A DNA stretch of 64,000 nt from Callorhinchus milii (taxonomy: Eukaryota): NCBI RefSeq assembly GCF_018977255.1, contig NW_024704742.1, positions 135,782,001 to 135,846,000 on the forward strand, read 5' to 3'. The notes beneath the pieces are model-generated. The model was not told the DNA's origin and did not search any database. It saw nothing but the letters and a program-made list of their open reading frames with translations. Numbering within the stretch: position 1 is the first letter of the stretch; each line of letters opens with the position of its first letter. Both the position numbers and the translations under genes were made by a program. Below, piece after piece: positions 23,017 through 34,200 of this stretch.

Positions 23017-23279
23017 AAATCCCCCACATGTTGGGACCTTGAGCTCGTTCTAGCCTGATGTTCCAATACAGTGTTGGGGAAGAACAGCATTGATGGAGGT
23101 GCCTTCCTATGGATGAGATGTTAAACTGAGGTCCTGGCTGCCTGTTCAAGTGGATATAAAAAAGGGAGTTTCTTCTGCTGTCCCAGCCAGCAATTGCCCA
23201 AATAAAATTGGTCCCTCACTTCATGCTGTTTATGGGATGTTGCTGTGCGCAAACTGGCTGCTGCTTTGCTAACCCTAAC

Positions 23280-24038
23280 CCTCCATGGTTGCACACTTCA
23301 ACTCACTGCCAGTGAGGAACCTCGGTGTCTTGTTCGACCCTCAACTGTCTTCTTCCCCACATCCAAGCCATGACCCGCTCTGCCTTCCCTCACCTCCGTA
23401 ACATCGCCCGACTCTGCCACTACCTCACCCTCAGGCCACTGAAACTCTTGTTCATGCCTTCACCTCCAGGCTCGACTATGCAAACGCTCTGCTTGTCGGC
23501 CTTCCCAACTCCTCCCTCCACAGGCTGCAGATAATCCAGAACTCTGCAGCCCGTGTCCTCTCCCGCACCAAACTCTGTGACCCCATCTCCCCCACTCTCG
23601 CCCGACTCCACTGGCTCACTATCCTTCAGAGGATCCAGTTCAAGATCCTGGTCCTCACATGGTCTCCATGGTCTCGCCCCACCCTACCTCTGTGACCTCC
23701 TAACCCCCTACCAACCCGCCCGCTCCCTCCGCTCTGCCGGCTCCGGCCTACTCCACATGCCCCAACCCACCATTGGCGGGAGAGCTTTCAGCCACTCTGC
23801 CCCCAACCTCTGGAACTCCATTCCCCAATCACTCCGCCTCGCCCCCTCCTTAGCCTCCTTCAAGTCCTGCCTCAAAACCCTCCTCTTCGACCATGCCATC
23901 GGCCACCCCCCTTCACCTCCCTTCCCTTCTCCCCCTCCCTGACCCCAGCTCGGGTCTGAAATGCTGTACACTCTCCAGCGCCTTAGGATGTCCTCCCGAC
24001 GTGAAAGGAGCTATACAAATGTTGTATCTTGTTGTTGC
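23280..24038 (+). mobile_element. L2 3' fragment
   Basis: [26 protein letters not shown], 3' stem-loop tail. Confidence 0.9.
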
Positions 24039-24992
24039 TTTGACCTGGAAAAGTCACTCCACTTTACAGATATCTTTGTGAAGCGCTTTAAGGCGAGGTG
24101 GTAAATTATGATAAACAATCCTTACGTTTGATACAGCGCCTTTCACGTCGGGTGGATACCTCAAAGCGTTTCACAAGATACACTGCAAAGTGGCGTGACT
24201 GTATTTTGTAGTTGAACCCAATAAGGCAACGATTAATTACAATAAAAGGTAAAAGGCAAATCATCGTATCCTGTGCCCTTTACCATTCCAAAAACCTCCC
24301 TTCCCAATCTCTCCCCAAGACAGCGAATGAGAGACGAACTATTTTGCCAGCAATTCCACCCACAGTGGGGAAATGTAATGTTAAATGTTTAACTGTGGCC
24401 ACTTTTAAATAATCCTATCTTCGAGACGTCTCAAAGCGCTTCACAGAATATACGTAAAGTGAATTCACTGTATATGTGGACGAAATGCGGCAGCCAATTG
24501 TGCACAGCAGTGTCCCACAAACAATCGTAGATTGAATGACCAATTTTTTTTATGATTATTACCCTTGGAAAAGTGATCCGCCAATCAACTAATAACACGT
24601 ATTCCTAGTTACTGCGAGGTAAACAGGTGTGTGGAGTCAAGAAACTTGCCTCACGTTTTGCTCTGCCCGGGAATCGAACCCCAGTCCTCTCGCTTGTGAG
24701 CCGAATGCTCTAACTACTAAGCTTCAGGAATCCACTGACCCTTTGCCCAACCCTTCAAACATAGTTTTCTTTTAGGAAGTAACATTATGAGATACAGTAC
24801 ATAGGTAGTTTGGGACATATGTGCATGCCGAGAAGGTGGAAAGTGAACTAGATGGACCTCGGTCTTTTTTTGTCTGGCATTTCTTACGTTCTTATGCGTA
24901 CCCCAAGTTGGACTTTGCAGTAGTGTAGTTCCTCTATTACATTGTGTTCAGTTGGTGTCACAATTCTGTAGAGTCCCCAAACCAGACGAGGT

Positions 24993-25340
24993 GTCAGCCT
25001 GGCTCAGTAGGTAGCACTCTCGCCTCTGAGTCAAAAGGTTGTGAGTTCAAGTCCCACGTCGGGACCTTTGAGCTCGCAGTCTAGGCTGACCCTTTAATAC
25101 AGTGTTGGGGGAGCACTGTACTGTCAGAGGTGCTCTCTCTTGGATGGGATATTAAACCGAGGTCCAATCTGCCTATTCGGATAGATCTTTAAGCACTACT
25201 TCAAAAGAGAAGGGAGTTTCTCGCTCCCAGAATCCTGGAGAACAATCACTCAAATAAAATAGCTCATTCACTTCTCTTTGTTTCACCACAGCTGATTGCA
25301 GGGCTTTGCTGTGCACAAATTGGCGGTCAAGTTTCCCCAG
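24993..25340 (+). mobile_element. DeuSINE-type SINE (SacSINE1/AmnSINE1-like core); other copies at ~2230-2450, 33830-34100, 35105-35440, 44600-45010, 51590-51830, 53400-53640, 56320-56590, 61885-62285, 63500-63990
   Basis: tRNA-like head GCCTGGCTCAGTAGGTAGCACTCTCGCCTCTGAGTCA and Deu-like core GTCAGAGGTGC...GATGAGACGTTAAACCGAGGTCC...AAAGATCCCATG, recognised from memory of the family. Confidence 0.75.
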
Positions 25341-25852
25341 AACAACAACAGCAAAATAACATTTGTATAGCGCCTTTCACTTCGGGAGGACGTCCCAAGG
25401 CACTGAACGTAGGCATTACATTTTACAAGGAACCTTTGAGACGTCTCCCAAAATGCAGTGGAACCAGGGTGAGGGGGACGAGGGGAGGGCAGAGCCCAGA
25501 GTTGGGGTGATGATGCTCGTGTGGAACTCGGGGTGGGGTGGAGGTAAGGGTAAGAGCCTCGGAGTGCGGAGGTTGTAGGCGGTGGGGGCGTCGGTGAGGA
25601 TGCGAGTGTGGAGCCAGGGGTGGGGGAGGAATGATGATGGGAGTGTGGAGCTCAGAGTGGGTGGGGGGTAGGAGGACATGGATGATGGGAACATAATGGG
25701 TGGGGAGCACAGAGCCCGAGGTTGACGATGGGAGCTCGGAGGGTGGGGGAAGAGTGTTGGGGAGGGGTGACAAGCGTGAAACGCGCAGCCCAGGGGAAGG
25801 GGAGAAGATGAGAGTGGAGCCCAGAGAGGGGTGAAAGGGGGGCAATACTCAC

Positions 25853-26080
25853 CCTGGCGCTCTTCTTGAGGTCATGGATCTTCTTCCTGCACTCCTCCCA
25901 GGTGCGGGTGGTCCTCTCCTCGGCGTTGACCAGCCGGACCACCTCCCTCCAGCCCTGCAGCCTGGCCTGAACCTGCGACTGCATGACCCCGGTGGAGAAG
26001 AGGATGTGTCGGCGGGCCATGACAGCGTAAGTCAGCGCCGTCAGCCCGTTCTCCGTGAACCTCCCCTTGCGCTGCACCAT
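25853..26080 (-). CDS. Myb/SANT-like gene paralog B, exon 1: DNA-binding domain (MVQRKGRFTENGLTALTYAVMARRHILF...QGWREVVRLVNAEERTTRTWEECRKKIHDLKKSAR)
   Basis: Pattern RK..F..........V......LF ... W..V...VN......RT..EC.KK..DL is the Myb_DNA-bind_5-type signature of NAIF1/MSANTD/Harbinger Myb proteins. Strong donor AGG|GTGAGT, phase 0. ATG 26080 has good Kozak context; alternative in-frame ATG at 26119. Confidence 0.88.
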
Positions 26081-26680
26081 CCCCCCGTCCCGGCGGAAAT
26101 CCGCCCTCCACATCTGCATGGCTGGTCAGACCGATCGCCCCCTTTAAACGCTCCGATTCCGGGCTCGATCGCCCCTCTCTCTGGCGGCCGAAACGCTGAC
26201 CGTCCAGCGGCTCGGGACGTCCTCCCAACTGTGGAAAGGCACTGATACCAATGCAATGTTGTTGTTGTTGTTGTTGTTGTTGCCGGCGCCTGGCCGTAGG
26301 GGGTGTGTGTGTGTGTGTGTGTGACTGGGCTGCGCCGAGGGAGGGGAGGGGAGGGGGGAGCGGCTGTGATCCCCGTGGCCGGGGGGCGTCTCTGCCGGTG
26401 GCTGAAGGTCTACGCTCCCCACATGGGAAAGCAGCTCATCGGCTCCCGGAGACGGCGCAGCGTAGAGCCTTTGTCTGCTCCGAGAGGTGGACAACCATCA
26501 GCACTGGGGCCGATTCCCGGGAAAGGTTCCCACCACCGTCGTCACCACCGACGACACCGATGTGGCTTCTGTGCGGTCGGATCAGCGACAACGACAACTT
26601 GCATTCGGTGACACCGCACCCCTCGCGCGAGGAGGCTCACCGAGAGCAGCGAGCACCGGGAACGGAGTCGGAGGCTGTAA
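25860..26680 (-). promoter_or_regulatory. CpG island / promoter of paralog B with TATA-like TTTAAA at 26143-26148
   Basis: High CpG density spanning exon 1 and ~600 bp upstream; TTTAAA ~65 bp upstream of ATG 26080. Confidence 0.55.
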
Positions 26681-28339
26681 AAACTAATAATAATAAAACT
26701 GGGACTTGATGCAGTGTCGCACGTCAGGACGATGTCTCAAAGCACTTCACACGATTTACTGTAGAGCAATAATAATAAAAGCATTCCCTGCTTTGGATAT
26801 AATAATAATATAATAACCCTTGCGTTTGTTACAGTGCCTTATCAAGTCGTTGAGACGTCTCACAAAGCGCTTCTCAGGATGTACCGTACATTTTGAGGGC
26901 GAATCACGGCAGCCAATTGCGCGCAGCAGCGTCCCACAAACAGTCGTGGATTGAAGTGATCAATTTTTTTTTTGAAGGGTTGGCTTATCCCTCCAAATTC
27001 TGTAGCCCAGAGGTTCAAGCACTTGCCTCACAAGCGAGAGACCTGGGTTCAATTTCCGGCAGGGAGAAACCTTGGCCGAGTTTCCTTACTCCACACAGAG
27101 CCTAATAATAATCCCTCCAAAACCAAAAACAATAATAAAATTGGCATTTTCAATCTACGACTGTTTGTGGGACATTGCTGTGCGCAATTGGCTGCCGCGT
27201 TCGCCCACAAATATACAGTCAATTCACTTTACAGTGTGTTCTGTGAAGCGCTTTGGGACGTCCTTCCGACGTGAAAAGCGCTATATCAAATGCAAGGATT
27301 ATTATTATTATTATTATTGGCCGAGTTTCCTTACTCCACACGCCTGATAATAATCCCTCAAGCAAGAACATTTTTTAAAAATAATAATTTGGTGACTCAA
27401 TCCACGACTGCGCAACTGGCTGCCACATTTCACCCACTAACTATACCGTCCATTCACTTTACTACTTCACTATTCTGTGAAGCGCTTTGAGACGTCTAGA
27501 AGATGTGAAAAGGTGCTATATCAAATGCAAGGATTATTATTATTATTATCCCCAGAAAGCAATGCGCCAAACACTTCAGGGAGACATTTCAAAGCACTTC
27601 ACGGGATTTATTGTAGAGCAATAATCATTAGAACATCCTTGCATTAGATTATACCGCCGTATTCACATCTTAAAGACGCTTCCCAGGATTCTACCGTGAA
27701 GTATCGTGACTGTCTATGTTCTTGGTAGAGGCAGCAGCCAATATTTGAACTACAACTTTCCGCAAACAACCATGGATTAAGGGACCGAATTTATTCCATG
27801 GATTGTTGGCCGTGACACCAGGAGAAACTCTCCGGTGGTAAAACAGGACTGAATCGCCTTGTGCCATGGCCGGATCGGAATCGGGATGGGAGATTTATAC
27901 AGAAAAATACAAAGAAAGTTGGCATCGGCAGGACTGACAATACCAGCGCTCTGCCTTTCTCTCCCCTCAACAGCTGCTCTGGACAGAAAGCTGTCCAGCA
28001 CCGTGTTGAATTTGCACCATGTGCAGACAACAGCAACTTGCACTTATATAGCACTCTCCACGCCGGGCGGAGTCTCAGAGCACTTAACCATAGCGGAGCC
28101 CAAGGCCAAACCAAGGGGAAGGTGACCATAGGCGCCGTCCCAAAGGTCCTCAAGCGCGACTCCCACTCCCCACCTTGTGAGTTTGTGTTTGATCCAGTGC
28201 TGGAACATGTGTGATTGCATGTGTCTAAGAGACTGGGGTTGATATCAGGGTAAGGATGGGGCTGGGATCAGAATGGGGCTGGGGTTAAAATGGGGTCAGT
28301 ATAGGGTTGGGGCTTGGATTGGAATGGGATCAGATTAAG

Positions 28340-29058
28340 TTGACATGAAGCTGGATTGGGGCTGAGTATCAAGGGGGTGAGGTTGGGGAGCAGGTGGGGT
28401 TGGGGAGCAGGTAGCGTTGTGGAGCAGGTGGGGGTGGGGTTGGCGAGCGGGTGGGGTTGGGGAGCGGTTGGGGTTGGGGAGTGGGTGGAGTTGGGGAGCA
28501 GTTGGGGTTGGGGGGCGGTTGGGGAGGAGGTGGGATTGGGGAGCAGGTGGGGTTGGGCAGAAGGTGGGGTTGGGGGGCAGGTGGGGTTGGGGAGCAGGTG
28601 GGTGGGGGTTGGGGTTGGGGAGCAGGTGGGGGTGGGGTTGGGGAGAAGGTGGGGGTTGGGTTTGGGGGGGTCAGGTGGGGGTGGGGAGAAGGTGGGGGTT
28701 GGGGTTGGGGGCGGTTGGGTGGGGGTTGGGGGCAGGTGGGGGTTGGGGGCAGGTGGGGTTGGGGTTGAGGGACAGGTGGGGTGGGGGTTAGGGAGAGGTG
28801 GGGGTGGGGTTGAGGTTGGGGAGAGGTGGCGTTGGGGTTGGGGAGAGGTGGGGTTTGGGAGAGGTGGGGGTGGGGTTGGGGTGAGTTGGGGGTTGGGGTT
28901 GGGGGGTGGGGGTTGGGGGGCAGGTGGGGTTGGGGAGAGGTGGGGGTGGGGTTGGGGAGAGGTGGGGTTGGGGAGAGGTGGGGTTGGGGTTGGGGTGAGT
29001 TGGGGGTGGGGGTTGGGGAGAGGTGGGGTTGGGGTTGGGGTGAGTTGGGGGTTGGGGT
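28340..29058 (+). repeat. G-rich degenerate (GGGGTT/GGGGT) tract
   Basis: Dozens of G4-G6 runs separated by 1-7 nt. Confidence 0.95.
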
Positions 29059-29198
29059 CACTCAGGGAAAGCCGCTGATCGGCCGCGGCGGCTACAGTGT
29101 TGCCAATGAACAGACGGCGCGTGCGCAGTGCGGTCTGAATGTAACAACTGCTCCAGAGGCGGAAGTGAGTTTCTGTCAGAAAGTGAATGAGATTCAAT

Positions 29199-29830
29199 GA
29201 GACTCTGAGAGTGAGACCCTGAGAGTGAGAGAGAGAGAGACTGAGACCCAGAGAGTGAAAGAGAGACTGTGACCCTGAGAGTGAGAGAGAGAGACTGAGA
29301 CCCTGAGAGTGAGACTGAGACCCAGAGAGTGAGAGAGAGAGACTGAGAGTGAGAGAGAGAGACTGAGACCCTGAGAGTGAGACTGAGACCCAGAGAATGA
29401 GAGAGAGACTGAGACCCTGAGAGTGAGAGAGAGACTGAGAGTGAGAGAGACTGAGAGTGAGAGAGAGAGACTGAGAACCAGAGAGTGAGAGAGAGAGACT
29501 GAGAGTGAGAGACTGAGACCCTGAGAGTGAGACTGAGACCCAGAGAGTGAGAGAGACTGAGAGTGAGAGAGAGAGACTGAGAACCAGAGAGTGAGACTGA
29601 GACCCAGAGAGTGAGAGAGAGACTGAGACCCTGAGAGTGAGAGAGAGACTGAGACCCTGAGAGTGAGAGAGACTGAGACCCTGAGAGAGAGAGAGTGAGA
29701 GAGAGACTGAGACCCTGAGAGTGAGAGAGAGAGAGAGAGAGAGAGACTGAGAGCCAGAGAGTGAGAGAGAGACTGAGACCCTGAGAGTGAGAGAGAGACT
29801 GAGACCCTGAGAGTGAGAGAGACTGAGACC

Positions 29831-29869
<39 letters not shown>

Positions 29870-29960
29870 AGAGCCAGAGAGTGAGAGAGAGACTGAGACC
29901 CTGAGAGCGAGAGAGAGACTGAGACCCTGAGAGAGAGAGAGAGAGAGAGAGACTGAGACC

Positions 29961-29997
<37 letters not shown>

Positions 29998-30652
29998 AGA
30001 CCCTGAGAGTGAGAGAGAGACTGAGACCCTGAGAGTGAGAGAGAGACTGAGACCCTGAGAGAGAGAGAGAGACTGAGACCCTGAGACTCTGAGAGTGAGA
30101 GAGAGAGAGAGACTGAGAGCCAGACAGTGAGAGAGAGAGACTGAGACCCAGAGAATGAGAGAGAGACTGAGACCCTGAGAGTGAGAGAGAGACTGAGACC
30201 CTGAGAGTGAGAGAGAGAGACTGAGACCCTGAAAGTGAGAGAGAGACAGGGACCCTGAGAGTGAGAGAGAGACTGAGACCCAGAGAGTGAGAGAGACTGA
30301 GACCCAGAGTGTGAGAGAGAGAGACTGAGACCCTGAGAGTGAGAGAGAGAACCTGAGACCCTGAGAGTGAGAGAGAGACTGAGACTCTGAGAGTGAGAGA
30401 GAGAGAGACTGAGAGCCAGACAGTGAGAGAGAGAGACTGAGACCCAGAGAATGAGAGAGAGACTGAGACCCTGAGAGTGAGAGAGAGAGACTGAGACCCT
30501 GAGAGTGAGAGAGAGAGACTGAGAGTGAGAGACTGAGACCCTGAGAGTGAGACTGAGACCCAGAGAGTGAGAGAGACTGAGAGTGAGAGAGAGAGACTGA
30601 GAACCAGAGAGTGAGACTGAGACCCAGAGAGTGAGAGAGACTGAGACCCAGA
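29199..30652 (+). repeat. Compound (GA)n satellite with unit GAGACTGAGACCCTGAGAGT(GA)n
   Basis: ~1.45 kb tandem array; source of the spurious Ser/Leu ORFs. Confidence 0.97.
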
Positions 30653-30659
30653 GGTTGTG

Positions 30660-31270
30660 TGTGAGAAAATTGATTGAAGCACCGTCCAAGATATATTTGT
30701 TGAGGTGAACCTTCAAGGGAAGGGATGAGTCGAGGCGTCTCCGGGATGGAAATCCCTGAAGTGGGGGCAGATAGTCTGACAGCCTGACCATCGATGGTGG
30801 GATGAGGTGGGTGGGATGGGGCCGTTGAGTTGGGGGGGAGCAGCCTGTTGGGTAGCGTTCGAGGAAGTGGCAGGGGCCCGGCTCGGGCAAAACCACGGGG
30901 TGATTTTAGGGTTAAATTGAAGCGCTCTGAGGCGCTACCCTGTGGGGAGGGTGCTGCATAAGTGCAAGTGGTTGTTAAGAGCTTGCACTCAATCCGTTCG
31001 GGGAGGAGAAGCCAGCGGAGGCAAGCGAGAATGGGGGTGATGGGCTCACAGGATCTTGTGTAGGAAGGACAAGAGTTGCGGAGTTCTGGATCGTCTGCAG
31101 CTTGTGAAGGGAAGTGGCAGGTAGTCCTGGTGAGTGGAGGGTTGGCGTGGTCTGGCCTGGAGGTGACGCACGGATGGATTACTCTTAAGCGTCCTGAGGG
31201 GAGAGGTGGAGGCGGCGGAGACGGGTAACGTTCCAGAGTTGGGGAAAGTGAGATTGTCGGCACACAAAGT
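30660..31270 (-). mobile_element. Old L2 3' fragment
   Basis: PITPILACLRWLLLPERIECKLL, degenerate. Confidence 0.7.
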
Positions 31271-34200
31271 GTTTTCAAAGAACCGATCAAAGACGCAGAG
31301 TTTCCGCACAGCCCTGTGGTAATAGATAATGTACAGCGAGTGAGGTACACAGATAATACTCTTAATAATACCTAATAAATAATACCCCTACAGGGTTAAT
31401 GTGCGTAGACATGTTGTCTTAGCCCCATTGTGTTCAAAATTACGCGCATTCTTCGATTTTTTTAAGACAGCGAACAGCGTTAAGACCTCAGAACGTGGGA
31501 GTTTTAAGGTTTTTTTTTTGGTGGTGGGTTGAGCAGTGGATGACATTGCACCAAACGAACAGCAGATAGCACCAAAGCTGCACCGATCCCAGCCCAGTGC
31601 CAATTGGTTCTCACTTGCTCTTAAGCCTGAAACTTAGTGACTGCAGCAACATTGTGGAAGAGCGAAGCGGTCAAAGCTTTGATGGAGTGAGGATGCATTG
31701 GAGGAGACGGGGGAAGAGAACACCGGAGAAGACTGGATGAGGGTGTAACCTCACCGCGTTTAATACCGCGACAAGAATGAAAACACCTTGAAAGTACTTC
31801 AAAGAGAATTGCTGCGAGGTCTAACGAACGCGTATTTGTGGGCGACTGCAGCAGCCCTTTGACTCACAGCGATGACCCACAAACCGCCGTGAAGCCAATG
31901 GCCAATTTTATCTGGGGGAGGGGTGGGGGGGGTTATTTTTTGGTGCAGGCCACAAGGAGAGACTCCCTTCTCTTTTCGAGTCGCGCCATGGAATCACAAG
32001 GCGCCACGGCACTGTTTCAAAAGATACAGCAGTTTCTCCTGATGTCCTGGCCATCAATTTCCTCGATGTATTAAAAAAAATCATTCACTCCGTGGCTGTT
32101 TGCAGGCAGCTGCTACGTGCAAGTTGTTCACTGCGTTTGCCTGTAAACTGTACGGTCACTACATTTTAAAGAAAATCTCTTTTGAAGCACTTTTTGGCTT
32201 GTACTTATCTTGTATTTATATAGCGCCCTTCACGCAGGGTGGTGTCTCGGAGCTCTTAACAGCGCCTGACGCTGAGCCGGGGAGTGGGGAAGGATGTGAC
32301 TTGTCAGCACTGCGAAAGGGGAAGGTCAAAAAGTAGCCGCAGTCTCTTTCCACAGTCACTACACTTGACAGGGAATGACCTTTGAGGTTCTTGCGGCATT
32401 GTGATTTTGTAAGGTCTCGGAAAATCCATTTCTTTCTCTACATCAGTGAAAGCCATTCAGACCTCTGGGTGTTTGAAAATGCAAAACAAAAATGTAGACT
32501 GGGGAGGGGGCTGGGGGGCAACATGAGGAGAAAATCTCATTTGATATTCTCGTTGTACACAGCGGGATCTTGTAGACGTGACAGACGAAAGAAAATCTCC
32601 CTCCATGGGGTATACAGTGATGTCAAAACGTTCATGAATAATCCAGCAACGCAGAGGGAAGCAATGGGCTCTGACTCCGAAAACCATTACTTCCTGCTTC
32701 ATCCCCACTTTCCGACCCATTCCCAGGCCTTGCGCTGAACCTGTCCGCAGCGACGAAACAGGAATTAACTGTGGAGTCTTGTAGCTCAGTGGTTACCGCA
32801 CGCGCCTCGCGAGGGAGAGGACCTGAGTTCGATTCCCGGGCAGGGCGAAACCTTGGGCAAGTTTCTTTACTGAGCAAGCGTCTGTTTACCCAGCATTGAG
32901 GAGGAATCCAGTTGTTAGTCGATTGGTGGATCACTTTCAGGGTTAATAACCCCTTAAAAAAAGGTCACTCGATTCGTAAATGTTTGTGGGACGCTGCTGT
33001 GCAATTAGCTGTCGCGTTTCACCCACAAAATATACGGACACTCCACTTTACAATCTAATCTGTGAAGCGCTTTGAGACGTCTCAGCGACGTGATAAGACG
33101 CTATATCAAATGCAAGGATTATTATGATTATTATTAGATCTTATCCATCTGAATTCCTGATCCATTGTCCTCCCATCACAGCATCAAACTGCCTCTAAAG
33201 GAGCCCCAGTGTCCTGGCCTCATCCGCCCTTCCTGATAACTCCTGTTCCAGTCATCTGTTACCCTCTGGCTCAAGAAATAGTTCCTGGTGGCTGGCCTGA
33301 AATGGTCCTTTGCTGCGGTGTCCTCTTGTTCTGATACATCTTGTCTGTATGTATCGTAAGGTCCATTTTTAAAAAACAAAATCCCATTAAAAATTTGATA
33401 CAACTCTATAAGACCTCTGTCAGGAGGGAGAGAGAGACGCAAGAGAGAAAGAAAGAGGAGCAAGAGAGAGAGAGATGTGAGCAAGATGGAGAGAGAGAAA
33501 GAGAGATGCAAGACTTGACTCCACAGGAGCCCTCACTTGCCTAGTCGTTACCCATAGCTCATTCCTCTTAACACTGGGGATCAGCCTCATTGCTCTCCTC
33601 TTCCCCCTGCCTTCTGTCACAGTGAGCGGGAGCGTCCCCGCACTCCAGGTGAGAGCTGACCAGGGCACTGTAACAGCTTGCCTTCGACGTCTGGGAACCT
33701 GAGCTCAACTGATTTGAGATTAAGTCCCAGTATCATCTTTCCCTCGTTTGCTGCAGCCTCACGCTCTTCATAAAAGCGAAGATTCAACTAATTACACCCA
33801 TAGATCTTTGTCAAACGTAGTGATTGTGTATTTCTAGGCAGTCACAGCAGCCAATTTGTGCACATCAATAGAAACAGTCATCCCGTGAATGACAGATTTA
33901 CCTGGGGGATTGTTGCCCAAGACACCAGGAGATAGAAACTCCCTTTTCTTTTTGACTAATGTCATGGGATCTTTAACGTCCACCTGAACAGGCAGATGTG
34001 TCCTCGGCTTATTGTCTGATCTAAAGGACAGCGCTAAATTCATTTGAAAGGCTTCACCTGCGAGCCTCCCCAGCCCAGGCTGACACTCACTCATACTGGG
34101 AGTGCAAGCGCTCTAAGCCGCTACGCTATGTGGAGAGCGCTGTATAATAATAATCCTTGCATTTGATATAGCGCTTTTCACGTCTTCTGGATGTCTCAAA

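Noticed and set aside
28340..29058. Interstitial telomere
   Set aside because: Units are GGGGTT/GGGGT variants, not vertebrate TTAGGG arrays
28268..31350. Very long Ser/Leu/Pro-rich ORFs (804, 718, 612 aa)
   Set aside because: Translations of the GA satellite and G-rich tract; stop-free because of composition
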